Notes: generated by a model from the letters alone, not told the origin. 64,000 nucleotides of DNA from a virus (IMGVR_UViG_3300010352_001405:1-64000), one strand, 5' to 3'; counted from the first letter of the stretch, positions 28,269 through 38,054 are shown. Numbers and translations are program-made.

Positions 28269-28407
28269 CAAAAATTAAAAAAAAATGAAAAAAATAGAAA
28301 GAAAAGATTTCTGATTATCATAAGTAAAGAAAAATTGTTCATTGACATATTGAAATAAAATTTTTGGGGAAAGTGGGTCGATGTAGTCGAATCCAAACTC
28401 AAAAAAT

Positions 28408-28484
28408 GCCGATGTGGGCGGAGTTGGCTATCGCATGTGAATCATAATCACAACACGTCGCTGGTTCGAATCCAGCCATCGGTA
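28408..28484 (+). tRNA. tRNA-Met/Ile2(CAT)
   Basis: tgtga-ATCATAA-tcaca; gctgg-TTCGAAT-ccagc. Confidence 0.85.
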
Positions 28485-28487
28485 CAT

Positions 28488-28562
28488 TGCTCCTTAGCGC
28501 AACTTGGTTAGAGCTAGTGGTTTTGAGCCACAGGGTTGGAGGTTCGAGTCCTTCAGGAGCAG
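28488..28562 (+). tRNA. tRNA-Gln(TTG)
   Basis: tgctcct/aggagca acceptor; gtgg-TTTTGAG-ccac. Confidence 0.85.
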
Positions 28563-28565
28563 CAC

Positions 28566-28636
28566 AGTTTCTTGATGTAACGGAAGCATATAATTTTCTG
28601 AAAATTATTGTCTTGGTTCAAATCCAAGAGAAACTA
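28566..28636 (+). tRNA. tRNA-Gln(CTG)
   Basis: agtttct/agaaact acceptor; taatt-TTCTGAA-aatta. Confidence 0.8.
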
Positions 28637-28746
28637 CTAAATAATATTAAAAAATAATTGACCTTTTATTCATTTCGATCTACGAATTTAAAACTTTTTA
28701 CACTGTATAATATATAACATTAAAAATTTTTGGAAACATAGTAATT

Positions 28747-29277
28747 ATGAAAAAATTATTTATTATTTTATTTATCTTAACTTCTTTTATATTAAACGCT
28801 CAAACAAAAGGAACGTTCATTGATATACGTGATAATAAAACATACAAAACTATCAAAATAGGTGATCAAATTTGGATGAATGAAGATCTAAAATATAATG
28901 ATACTACATTATATAACTATCAAGTGATTATGAACGGAACAAAACCAGATACAAATCAAATCAAAGGGATTTGTCCATATGGTTGGCATGTACCAAATGT
29001 AAGTGAATGGTATAAATTATTAATAACTGTTGGAAGACAAAATGCTTCTGAAAAATTAAGAGATTATAATGGATTTCACGCATCTATGAATGGTAGATAT
29101 AATTTTGATAAAAAATTGTTAGAAAATAAAGGAAGTCATTCATATTACTGGACATCAACTGAAAGAGATCAAAGTACAGCTTGGGTATATTTTATATATG
29201 AAATGGCACCATCTGTAAATAAAATAGATGGTGATAAAAATTTCGGATATTCTTTAAGATGTATAAAAAATTTTTAA
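28747..29277 (+). CDS. Secreted FISUMP (Fibrobacter succinogenes major paralogous) domain protein
   Basis: Signal peptide; DIRDNKTYKTIKIGDQIWM, GICPYGWHVP, YYWTST, GYSLRCIK. Confidence 0.85.
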   Translation: MKKLFIILFILTSFILNAQTKGTFIDIRDNKTYKTIKIGDQIWMNEDLKYNDTTLYNYQVIMNGTKPDTNQIKGICPYGWHVPNVSEWYKLLITVGRQNASEKLRDYNGFHASMNGRYNFDKKLLENKGSHSYYWTSTERDQSTAWVYFIYEMAPSVNKIDGDKNFGYSLRCIKNF

Positions 29278-29354
29278 AAATAATTTTTTAAATCAAAAAA
29301 TAAATTCTATATTTGTATTATAAATATGGTTCATTGAAATTTTGAAAAATATAT

Positions 29355-29440
29355 AGCGGGATAGTCTAATGGTAGGATCCTAGGCTCATAATCTAGAGAA
29401 TGGTAAAGTCCAGTTGGAGGTTCGATTCCTTCTCCCGCAA
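29355..29440 (+). tRNA. Initiator-like tRNA-Met(CAT) with extended variable arm
   Basis: 1:72 mismatch, gcggga/tcccgc acceptor, ctagg-CTCATAA-tctag, 19-nt variable region. Confidence 0.75.
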
Positions 29441-29444
29441 CTAA

Positions 29445-29590
29445 AAGGTGTTTTTTGTTTTAATGTAGCTAATGCAAAGATATCAGGGCAAGACCTGATG
29501 CGAGGGTATGATGTCGAAGTCATATCAAACAAAAATCTAGAGGGTGTAGCAAATCCCTTACATTAAAACAAAGAAAGTCTAGACCACCTT
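29445..29590 (+). ncRNA. Unassigned structured RNA
   Basis: 14-bp closing stem tttgttttaatgta/tacattaaaacaaa enclosing three hairpins. Confidence 0.6.
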
Positions 29591-29599
29591 AAAATATAC

Positions 29600-29672
29600 G
29601 GTCTGGTATGTCAATGGTTAGACGGCAATTCTTATAAAATTGAGGTTGGTGGTTCAAGTCCACCCCAGACTA
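29600..29672 (+). tRNA. tRNA-Ile(TAT)
   Basis: ggtctgg/ccagact acceptor; caatt-CTTATAA-aattg; ggtgg-TTCAAGT-ccacc. Confidence 0.9.
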
Positions 29673-29743
29673 CGATATGATAAAAGTTCAAGTTGTAAAA
29701 AACGACTTTTTTATTTTAATATATAAAATAAAAAAGGAACATT

Positions 29744-30508
29744 ATGGAAAAAAATGAAATAAAAAATAAAATTTTAAATTCAAAGTCTAGAACTGAAGCT
29801 AGTAAAAAAATATTCAATTATTCAAATAGAACAACCTTATTAAAAATAGATTATTATTTAAAAGAATTTGATTTAGTAGGTTTTTTCAAAAAGAAAAAAA
29901 TTGAAAAAAAATGTTTAAATTGCGGAATCATAATAAATAGAAGAAATAAGTTTTGTTGTCAATCTTGTTCGGCTATTTATAATAATAAAAATAGACAATT
30001 GACAGAAGATACTAAAAATAAAATAAGTAAATCTTTAAAGGGTAGAAATAGAGTAGATGTAAAAAGTAAAGGAAAGACTATTATTATAAATTGTAAAAAT
30101 TGTAACAATGAATTTTTATTTTTAAAATATAAATTAAAAGAAGGAAAATCTAATTTTTGTAGTAAAAGTTGTTACCATGAATATAGAACTAAAAATAAAA
30201 AAGATATAAAACATTTACAAAAATTAAATAGAATAAAATATAATTATGGATTAAACGAAGATGAATATATAAAATTGTTTGAAAATCAAAATTATATTTG
30301 TCCTATTTGTAATATTAATCTAAATGATGTGAAAGCTTGTGTTGATCACGAACACAACACTGGTAAAATAAGGGGAATTTTATGTGATAAATGTAATAAG
30401 GGTATTGGTCATTTTGAAGATAATATAAAACTATTCGAAAATGCTATAATTTATTTAAAGACTTTTTATGAAAAAGAAAATATTAAAAATATAAATATGA
30501 TTCAGTAA
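29744..30508 (+). CDS. Endonuclease VII-like (His-Me) homing endonuclease within the tRNA cluster
   Basis: QNYICPIC...VDHEHNTGKIRGILCDKCNKGIGHF; N-terminal CxxC..FCS fingers and NUMOD3-like motif. Confidence 0.85.
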   Translation: MEKNEIKNKILNSKSRTEASKKIFNYSNRTTLLKIDYYLKEFDLVGFFKKKKIEKKCLNCGIIINRRNKFCCQSCSAIYNNKNRQLTEDTKNKISKSLKGRNRVDVKSKGKTIIINCKNCNNEFLFLKYKLKEGKSNFCSKSCYHEYRTKNKKDIKHLQKLNRIKYNYGLNEDEYIKLFENQNYICPICNINLNDVKACVDHEHNTGKIRGILCDKCNKGIGHFEDNIKLFENAIIYLKTFYEKENIKNINMIQ

Positions 30509-30628
30509 ACCAGCTTCTCTATTCGCAGGCCTATGGCACAGGACACAGAATATGCGCCCGTAACGTAAGATAACGAGAGAACAATTAAGGAGGGAATGGC
30601 GAGTCTCCCTATCTAACTGGAGCTGTTT
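30508..30628 (+). ncRNA. Unassigned structured RNA
   Basis: cagcttc/ggagctg closing stem with internal hairpins; GC-rich island. Confidence 0.5.
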
Positions 30629-30674
30629 CACAATTAATCATAGAAATTACACGAACTAACAAATAAAAAAAATA

Positions 30675-31040
30675 ATGGAAAATTTTTTATCTATCCAGAG
30701 TCTCATTTTGATTATAATTGTGGTTGTTATACTATTTTTTTTATTTAGAGAAGTAAACTGTTGGTATTGGAAAATCAATAAAAGAATCAAATTACAGGAA
30801 GATATTATTTTACATCTAAAAATCATTTCTAATTCTATAAATGATCAAAATGAAAACACTAAAAATGAAATTTCTAAAAACGATATTAATTTGACAGATG
30901 ATGAAAAAAGAATTATAGATTCTTTTGAAATAAAAGAAGGTGAAAAAATAATCATACATAAAAGATTGAGAAACATAATAAAAGTATCAGAAAAAGATCA
31001 AAGACGTCTTCAAATGGAAGATTGGATAGTAGTTGGGTAA
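30675..31040 (+). CDS. Hypothetical membrane protein
   Basis: N-terminal TM, FREVNCWYWKIN. Confidence 0.6.
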   Translation: MENFLSIQSLILIIIVVVILFFLFREVNCWYWKINKRIKLQEDIILHLKIISNSINDQNENTKNEISKNDINLTDDEKRIIDSFEIKEGEKIIIHKRLRNIIKVSEKDQRRLQMEDWIVVG

Positions 31041-31071
31041 TTAAATTTGGAAACTATTAAAAAAAACATAC

Positions 31072-31293
31072 ATGAAAACACTGAAAAAAGGAGAAGATTT
31101 TAAAAGAGTTAAGGATTTTTCTTATGAAGATCTTAATAAAATGAATTCCCTTCTTAAAGAAGGATGGAATTATTGTTCAAAACAAGAATATAAAGAAACT
31201 TTCAAAGGCGAAAAAACAGTAACGGAAGTAAAATCTGAAGAAAAAAAGAAAGATAAAGAAAACAAAAAGAAAGAATCTAAAAAGAAGAAATAA
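31072..31293 (+). CDS. Hypothetical basic protein
   Basis: GWNYCSKQEYK. Confidence 0.55.
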   Translation: MKTLKKGEDFKRVKDFSYEDLNKMNSLLKEGWNYCSKQEYKETFKGEKTVTEVKSEEKKKDKENKKKESKKKK

Positions 31294-31351
31294 TTGGCTG
31301 AAAATTAAAATAAACAAAGAATAAAATAAAATATATATAGAAAAAGAAAAT

Positions 31352-31426
31352 GCTCTCGTCGTCTAATCGGTTAGGACATCGCCTTTTCACGGCGAAGATT
31401 TGCGAGTTCGAGTCTCGTCGAGAGTA
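31352..31426 (+). tRNA. tRNA-Glu(TTC)
   Basis: tcgcc-TTTTCAC-ggcga; full cloverleaf. Confidence 0.9.
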
Positions 31427-31480
31427 CAAAAAAGATTTAGATTATAATCCTTCTAATAATGTAGATTTTAAAAGAATTGA

Positions 31481-31557
31481 ACTCCCGTCGTCTAGTGATC
31501 CAGGACGTCAGATTCTCATTCTGAAGATCGTGGGTTTAAATCCCATCGGGAGTACCA
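31481..31557 (+). tRNA. tRNA-Glu(CTC) with encoded CCA
   Basis: tcaga-TTCTCAT-tctga; T loop TTTAAAT is atypical. Confidence 0.85.
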
Positions 31558-31590
31558 GAATTATTTAAGAGAAAACACGGTATCAATTTA

Positions 31591-31650
31591 AAACAAGTCT
31601 TCATATATTTTATATTTTTCATATTATATAAAATATATGAAGACTTGTTT
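31591..31650. repeat. 25-bp perfect inverted repeat
   Basis: aaacaagtcttcatatattttatat / atataaaatatatgaagacttgttt, 10-nt spacer. Confidence 0.9.
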
Positions 31651-32108
31651 ATTGATAAATATGGAAGAGATTTTATAAAAATATATGATGTGAATCCATA
31701 TGGAAAATAAAAACAATGTTTGTGAAGTCTGTGGGAATCCTTGTAAAAAAGTTTATTGTCCTAGGAAATGATTCGGTAAGGGTGTAAATAAAAAATATAA
31801 ACAAATAAAAAAAAATAACATAAAATAACATTATATGTTGGTACAAAAAATAACTCATATAACATGAAACCATTCTTTCAATCAATTTTATTCATTTTTT
31901 CTAAGTGGGATATGTCTCTTGATGAATTTAATATGGTAGGTAAAATTTTATTTTATGTTCCATGTTATTTAAATAATATATTAACACAAATATGGTATTT
32001 CATATTATTTCCAATAATATATTTAAATTTTTTATTTGTTAATAAATTCAGTGGAATTGATACATTAATGAATATTTATTTAATAAAAAATTCATATAAA
32101 AATAAAAT

Positions 32109-32753
32109 TTAAGAATTTTTTTTCAAAACACTTAACCATTTTTGATCTATTCTGTTCCAATATTCATGTCCCTCTGGTGTACTCCACCAATATATATAAT
32201 CTATAAATCTTCTTGGTTTGATGTTATTTAAAATTTTCTCAAAATTATCATCGTTGATTTCTTTTCTGAATTGATCATATACATTATCAATATATCTTTT
32301 ATAAATTTTATTGTCTACTAAAAATTTTTTGAACAAAGCATACGGGTCTAATTCATCCCAATTTTCTTCACCGTAAGGATCTATATCTTCATTTTTTTCG
32401 TATATTCTGTTAATTTTTTTCAATTTAATCATCCATTTCACGTTCAATTTGGTCCAATAACTACCACCTTGATTAGTATTTTTCCAATAGAAAGCACCTC
32501 TTATAAACTGTGTTGGATTTGCTTGCGTTAAATATTCATCTATATCGTTCCACCCGTTTGTTTTTAAATTATCTTTGTAATTTTCGAGTGATTTATGTTT
32601 AGTTAGGAAATCTTTAAATTTATTTTCTATATCATCATCATCCCAATTTTCTTCACCGTAAGGATCTACATCAGAATGTTTATTAATTCTTTTTTTTCTA
32701 AAAGGATTCCAATTGAAATCTTCGTTATATGTTTCAAAATTTATAATAATCAT
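32109..32753 (-). CDS. Protein with two tandem homologous domains, each preceded by DPYGEENW
   Basis: DPYGEENW..FKxFL..WxxTxxGxxYWxxxxxKW occurs twice. Confidence 0.7.
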   Translation of the reverse strand: MIIINFETYNEDFNWNPFRKKRINKHSDVDPYGEENWDDDDIENKFKDFLTKHKSLENYKDNLKTNGWNDIDEYLTQANPTQFIRGAFYWKNTNQGGSYWTKLNVKWMIKLKKINRIYEKNEDIDPYGEENWDELDPYALFKKFLVDNKIYKRYIDNVYDQFRKEINDDNFEKILNNIKPRRFIDYIYWWSTPEGHEYWNRIDQKWLSVLKKNS

Positions 32754-32754
32754 T

Positions 32755-33588
32755 TTATTTCCAGTATGGTAAGTTTTCCCAATATTTTTTGTCCAATTTA
32801 GTTAATGGTTTTTCTTTTTTATTTTTATCACCAAAATTAATTGGTTTCACTTTATCTCCTTCTCTTGCCAGAACTCTATATTTATGTTTTCCTTTTCCTA
32901 TGAATCTTTTTGGATAATTGAAATTTGGATATATTTCGTTTCTATATTTAACATTAGTTGGATTTATTTCAACATCTTTTAGTTTTCCTTCGGTGATTAT
33001 ATTTTCACCGGATTTGATTTTCTTAGAAAACTTATTCCATATTAATTTAATAATATTTTTTGTTGTCATGGTGATAATACCGGCACTTATACTCATACCA
33101 CAACCAATTATTTCATCCATTGACATTAATTGATTATGTATAATATCATTTATGGCTAACATAAATGGTGCTAATATCGCAGTATATGAAAATGTATCAG
33201 TTAGAAACTCGATGGAATTAAATTTCATAAGAAATTCATATATGTTTTTAAAAGATTTAATTGATTTTATGAAATAATTTATAATATCAGATAAATTATT
33301 TTCTTTAATATATTTTTTAAGTTCTTCTGTCTGAGTATCTTTAAAAACAACACAAAATGCTGATATAATACTCAATATGATAGTTTCTTCTGTTATTGGA
33401 GCATTAAAATTTTGATTTTTTATTATATGATTTGCTATTGGTATGTAGGCTGCGATAGCTGTTCCAAATGTCATGACGAAAATTATATTTAAGTTAAATT
33501 CTTTGGCCAAATTTTTTATTAATTCGTTATTTTTCTTTATCAAAAAATCCTCATTAATAAAATTATCATATTTTAGCACATTATTCAT
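32755..33588 (-). CDS. Membrane protein with CTS-like N-terminus
   Basis: VLKYDNFINE; several hydrophobic helices. Confidence 0.6.
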   Translation of the reverse strand: MNNVLKYDNFINEDFLIKKNNELIKNLAKEFNLNIIFVMTFGTAIAAYIPIANHIIKNQNFNAPITEETIILSIISAFCVVFKDTQTEELKKYIKENNLSDIINYFIKSIKSFKNIYEFLMKFNSIEFLTDTFSYTAILAPFMLAINDIIHNQLMSMDEIIGCGMSISAGIITMTTKNIIKLIWNKFSKKIKSGENIITEGKLKDVEINPTNVKYRNEIYPNFNYPKRFIGKGKHKYRVLAREGDKVKPINFGDKNKKEKPLTKLDKKYWENLPYWK

Positions 33589-33589
33589 A

Positions 33590-34273
33590 TTAATTATTTA
33601 TTTTATCGTCATCTTCAACTATATTATCTAAATAATTTGTTAAGAAATTTTCAACATTATAACAATTAAATTTTTTAGATGTAACAATCAAATTTCTAAT
33701 TTTATTTATAAAATACTCGTCTTTAATAATATAATTGGGTAGGGGTTTAATCATTTTTTCAAAATCTTGAATCGCACTAGTTTCTTGATTTTTTGTCATT
33801 CTTTGAATCATAACTTTACACATGATATCTAATAGATGTTTTAGTTTATCGAATTTCAAAGATTCATTATTCATTATGTAATCTTGTTCAATGTCGTTTA
33901 TATTATCTTTGGCATTGAAATTTATTTTAACATATTTGATATATTTATTAACAATATCTTTAGCACATTGTTGTGTATCTTTACAACTATCGACCATATG
34001 TTTTATTTCTTGGGATTTATTGTTGCCCAGTCTGAAGAATGATTCAGCTACTTTTTCTATATCGCTATCTTCAGCATTTTTATTTTTCTTTAGAATGATG
34101 GGTTTTAAAATAATTTTCATGTGTTCTTGAACTTCTTGAAATTTATTTTCTTTTTTTGCGTATTCTAGATTATTAGTAACATCATCATCACCAAGACCAA
34201 CACTTTGTTTATTCATAGGCCATTCTTGAGTATACGTTCCATTATACTCAAAAAATTTCATTATTCTTCCCAT
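33590..34273 (-). CDS. Hypothetical protein with CTS-like N-terminus
   Basis: MGRIMKFFE. Confidence 0.6.
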   Translation of the reverse strand: MGRIMKFFEYNGTYTQEWPMNKQSVGLGDDDVTNNLEYAKKENKFQEVQEHMKIILKPIILKKNKNAEDSDIEKVAESFFRLGNNKSQEIKHMVDSCKDTQQCAKDIVNKYIKYVKINFNAKDNINDIEQDYIMNNESLKFDKLKHLLDIMCKVMIQRMTKNQETSAIQDFEKMIKPLPNYIIKDEYFINKIRNLIVTSKKFNCYNVENFLTNYLDNIVEDDDKINN

Positions 34274-34352
34274 TATTTATATTATTGTTTTTATTATATA
34301 TATAAAAAATAATTTTAAATTTTTAATATATATAAAAAAATATAGCATTATT

Positions 34353-34967
34353 ATGATAAAGAAATTTAATTTGTTCGAAGAAATTTTTATTAGGCCAAAA
34401 GAAATTGATCCAACAAAACCTAGTATATTATATATCAATGGATCTAGACCATTGCTCAAAGAAGATGGTTCTTTAAATGTAAATAGAAGAAGTCAACTTA
34501 TTTATAATAGATTATCGCAATTTGGAGATAATGTTATCTATCCTTCTGTTTATTGGAAAGGTGGTGAAATGATATTTGATGAGATGATTGAAATTGTTGA
34601 AAATAACAATATTAAAGCGATTGTTGGTAATTCAGCCGGGGGTTATGTATCATTTTATTTATCTAATGGATATAATATTCCGTCTATGTCTATAAATCCA
34701 GCGATGGCATCTACAAGTGAAGCTCCCACATTACAGTCAGTTCCGTCTAATATTAAAAATAGTCCATTGAATTCAAAACAATTGATCGTTATTGGTGATA
34801 AAGATACTAAGGCTGATAGGGGAGTAGATGGTTCTTTGGTTATGAAAGATTTGAAAAATATGGGTTTTGGCGGTGAAATTCTAATTTTAGAAAACACTTA
34901 TCATAGATTAAGTAACGAACAATTTGATGAAACTTTTAAATATTTTTATAAAAAATATATAAGATAA
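34353..34967 (+). CDS. Alpha/beta hydrolase (YqiA/UPF0227-like esterase)
   Basis: GNSAGG nucleophile elbow, INPA, GDKD, H near the C-terminus; CTS-like MIKKFNLFEE. Confidence 0.8.
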   Translation: MIKKFNLFEEIFIRPKEIDPTKPSILYINGSRPLLKEDGSLNVNRRSQLIYNRLSQFGDNVIYPSVYWKGGEMIFDEMIEIVENNNIKAIVGNSAGGYVSFYLSNGYNIPSMSINPAMASTSEAPTLQSVPSNIKNSPLNSKQLIVIGDKDTKADRGVDGSLVMKDLKNMGFGGEILILENTYHRLSNEQFDETFKYFYKKYIR

Positions 34968-34968
34968 T

Positions 34969-35313
34969 ATGGAAAAGACTTTCAATGGATTTCTTAATAT
35001 AAAAAATTCGGATAATGTATTTATAAAAGAGTCAAATTATCCAAGAAGGAATATTTCAGAAGGAGATATGATCGTTGTTACTAAAAAAGGAAAATATTTC
35101 AATCAAACAGGAGTCGTTATATACGTATATGATGAAAATGATAGATCAATATTAGTAAATGATATTGATGTTAAATTAGATTATATCGATAAAGAAATTC
35201 CATTTCAATTCTATGATGTTGAAAAATTAGATGTGATTAAAAGAAATACAGATGTGGACCCTTATGGTGAAGAAGATTGGAGAGAATCACCGTACGAAAA
35301 ATATATAATATAA
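34969..35313 (+). CDS. KOW-like protein with DPYGEEDW tag
   Basis: ISEGDMIVVTKKGKYFNQTGVV. Confidence 0.6.
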   Translation: MEKTFNGFLNIKNSDNVFIKESNYPRRNISEGDMIVVTKKGKYFNQTGVVIYVYDENDRSILVNDIDVKLDYIDKEIPFQFYDVEKLDVIKRNTDVDPYGEEDWRESPYEKYII

Positions 35314-35316
35314 TTA

Positions 35317-36030
35317 ATGATAAAATACAACGATTTTATAAATGAAAATATAATTAAACTAGATGGGCGTCATGGATTTTTTATGTTTCTTAAACTTATT
35401 GACGATTTAAAATTTAATTTTATTAAAACTAATCATTATTTCAATGTTGGAAAATATCTTATTTTTTTTACAACAGAAAATATTAAAAATAAAGATAAAT
35501 TTTATGACTTTTTTAGAGATTGTCTTTCAATTAAAATAACTTGTGATACAGCAATCAATTTAAAAGATAAAAGAATATCATTTTATTTTGGTGTTAAAGA
35601 TAATAAATTAGAATACGGTTTTCAAGACGATTCGAATAGAGATATTTATAAAACAGGTGAGTTTGAAGTTGATTACAAATATGTAAGATCTTTAAGATCA
35701 TATAAATGTTTAGTATTAATTGAAAATTTGCTTAAAAATTTCAATATGAAAAATTTGACTTTATTGCATGAAATCAAATTAAATCTAAAGAATTGGTATG
35801 AAGGAGATGGAAAGATAATTATTATTAGTGATGATGTTTTGAAAAAAACTATAAGTAAAGACATTTTAAAGGAAGAATTAAAAGATGTTAATGGATTATT
35901 GCGTAAGTATGAGAATTGGTGTGAAAAATTTAAATGGGTTAATAAAGTTTTTTATTATATAGATAATGATGATGAAGATAACGTAACTTTTTATATTAAA
36001 ATTAAACCAAAAATGAAAAATGATGAATAA
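35317..36030 (+). CDS. Hypothetical protein, CTS-like N-terminus
   Basis: MIKYNDFINE. Confidence 0.6.
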   Translation: MIKYNDFINENIIKLDGRHGFFMFLKLIDDLKFNFIKTNHYFNVGKYLIFFTTENIKNKDKFYDFFRDCLSIKITCDTAINLKDKRISFYFGVKDNKLEYGFQDDSNRDIYKTGEFEVDYKYVRSLRSYKCLVLIENLLKNFNMKNLTLLHEIKLNLKNWYEGDGKIIIISDDVLKKTISKDILKEELKDVNGLLRKYENWCEKFKWVNKVFYYIDNDDEDNVTFYIKIKPKMKNDE

Positions 36031-36367
36031 TATTAAAAAATATTCTACTTTTAATGAAGATTTTCGTCGAGGAAATTATTATAGAATTATATTAAATGAA
36101 ATACACATCTATATTGATGAATTTATAAAAACTTTTAAAGATAAATACAAGTTAGATTGTTGGTTTTTATATAATAATAAAGATGGTGTATCGCTTGAAT
36201 ATTTTCAATCGTCAGACGACAGTGCTGAAAATATTACTAATGTTAAAAAATTCATGTTTGAAAAAGCTCCTTATTTTAGAGATGTAATTATACACAGAGA
36301 TGATCATAGAATTATTTTAAAATTCTTTGATCCAGGAGAACCTATAAAATTTAAATTTTTTCATTGA
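36020..36367 (+). CDS. Hypothetical protein, CTS-like N-terminus
   Basis: NIKKYSTFNE. Confidence 0.55.
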   Translation: MMNNIKKYSTFNEDFRRGNYYRIILNEIHIYIDEFIKTFKDKYKLDCWFLYNNKDGVSLEYFQSSDDSAENITNVKKFMFEKAPYFRDVIIHRDDHRIILKFFDPGEPIKFKFFH

Positions 36368-36473
36368 AAATTGTTTCGTTTAGAATCCGAAAATATAACT
36401 TATAAATAAAAAACTTTTTCAGTTTATACATGATTGATTTAATTGTTCAAATATTCTAAAATTCTTTATCATT

Positions 36474-37160
36474 TTATATTTTTAAATCTTTTATTTTTAA
36501 TGATTTTAAATAATTTTTATATTCTTGGGTGAATCTATTATTAGAACATTTTAAATATCTTAAATTCGTTAAACTTTCAATCCCTTCTAAATTGGTTAAT
36601 TGATTATTAAAACAAATTAATTGTCTTAAATTCGTTAAATTTTCAATTCCGTATAGATCTGTTAATTGATTATTATAGCAATATAACACTTTTAAATCCG
36701 TTAAATGTTCAATTCCTTCTAAACCGATTAATCGATTATGATAACAATGTAAATAACTTAAATTAGTTAATTGTTCAATTCCTTCTAAACTAGTTAATTG
36801 ATTATTAGAACAATGTAAATATCTTAAATTAGTTAAATGTTCAATTCCTTCTAAACTAGTTAATCGATTATAAGAACAATATAATTCTCTTAAATTCGTT
36901 AAATGTTCAATACCATTTAAATTAGTTAATTGATTATTAGAACAATATAATATCTCTAAATTCGTTAAATATTCAATTCCTTCTAAACTAGTTAATCCTT
37001 TATTACAACAATCTAAATATGTTATTTTATCTAATGGTATATTTTGTTTTTTAGCGATAGTTATTATCGGAGTATCATTATCATCGTTCCAGTCTTCTTC
37101 ACCATAAGGATCAATATCTGATATATTTAATTGTTCAAATATTTTAAAATTCTTTATCAT
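36474..37160 (-). CDS. LRR protein, divergent paralog of the 12.8-16.9 kb array
   Basis: LxxLxCxxNQLTSLEGIEHLTN repeats; CTS-like start plus DPYGEEDW. Confidence 0.9.
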   Translation of the reverse strand: MIKNFKIFEQLNISDIDPYGEEDWNDDNDTPIITIAKKQNIPLDKITYLDCCNKGLTSLEGIEYLTNLEILYCSNNQLTNLNGIEHLTNLRELYCSYNRLTSLEGIEHLTNLRYLHCSNNQLTSLEGIEQLTNLSYLHCYHNRLIGLEGIEHLTDLKVLYCYNNQLTDLYGIENLTNLRQLICFNNQLTNLEGIESLTNLRYLKCSNNRFTQEYKNYLKSLKIKDLKI

Positions 37161-37185
37161 TTTATATTTTTATATCTTTTATTTT

Positions 37186-37563
37186 TTAATCATCCCAATT
37201 TTCTTCACCGTAAGGATCGTATTCCATGTGTTTCAATCTGATCAATTCCATTTTTTCTTTATATTTTCTATATTCATCTTCATCTTCATCATATGGGATT
37301 AATAATTCTTCAAAAATCCAATACCGCGAAATTTTAGCAATTCGGCAATTTTTAAAATCAACTTGATACATTGTTCCTCTTTTCATGATGCGATTTAATT
37401 CACCTATACCACCAGTTAAATTCATACCAATAATAGTTCCATCCCATCCATTCACATCAAACTGATCTTGTCTTCCTTTTTTACAAATCACTCTATCACC
37501 TATATTAAATGAATGATCTTTACTATTTTCTTCTATTTTAATAAATTTATTATAAGTTTTCAT
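37186..37563 (-). CDS. SH3/KOW-like protein with CTS-like start and C-terminal DPYGEENW
   Basis: MKTYNKFIKIEE; FNIGDRVIC. Confidence 0.6.
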   Translation of the reverse strand: MKTYNKFIKIEENSKDHSFNIGDRVICKKGRQDQFDVNGWDGTIIGMNLTGGIGELNRIMKRGTMYQVDFKNCRIAKISRYWIFEELLIPYDEDEDEYRKYKEKMELIRLKHMEYDPYGEENWDD

Positions 37564-37566
37564 ATA

Positions 37567-37959
37567 TTAATCTTCCCATTCTTCTTCACCATAAGGATCT
37601 AAATCTTTATCATATTCTTTTATTTTACGTGGTTCTTTCAAATAAGTAATTACTGTCGAACTAGGATCTACTTCAAATATACTCATTATTTCTTCGTTTT
37701 TATTTTTTATTACAAAAAGTATAGAAAAATAATGATCGAATTGTGTAATTACTTCAATTTTAACAACTAATCCCTTTATTTTATTCTTTGTTTGAAATTG
37801 TTCAAATTCACATAAATTATTTAAAAATAATTTTTTTAATTTTTTTTCAAAACCATTTGTATCGAAATATTCATCATATGAAAAAGAACAACCAATATCA
37901 TTTAATGAATAAATTTCAACAATATTTTCATTTTCAAATAATTTAAATTTTGTTATCAT
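37567..37959 (-). CDS. Hypothetical protein with CTS-like start and C-terminal DPYGEEEW
   Basis: MITKFKLFENE. Confidence 0.6.
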   Translation of the reverse strand: MITKFKLFENENIVEIYSLNDIGCSFSYDEYFDTNGFEKKLKKLFLNNLCEFEQFQTKNKIKGLVVKIEVITQFDHYFSILFVIKNKNEEIMSIFEVDPSSTVITYLKEPRKIKEYDKDLDPYGEEEWED

Positions 37960-38054
37960 ATACCTATATATTAAAACTTAAATATAAAAATCGTTTTTTT
38001 TTCTTTTAAAAAACATATCATTTATTTCACAATACAATATAAAAAAATATTTCT

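Noticed and set aside
28364-28400. Possible tRNA remnant ggggaaagtgggtcgatgtagtcgaatcc
   Set aside because: No anticodon or acceptor pairing could be drawn
31350-31568. 72-aa ORF
   Set aside because: It spans two tRNA-Glu genes
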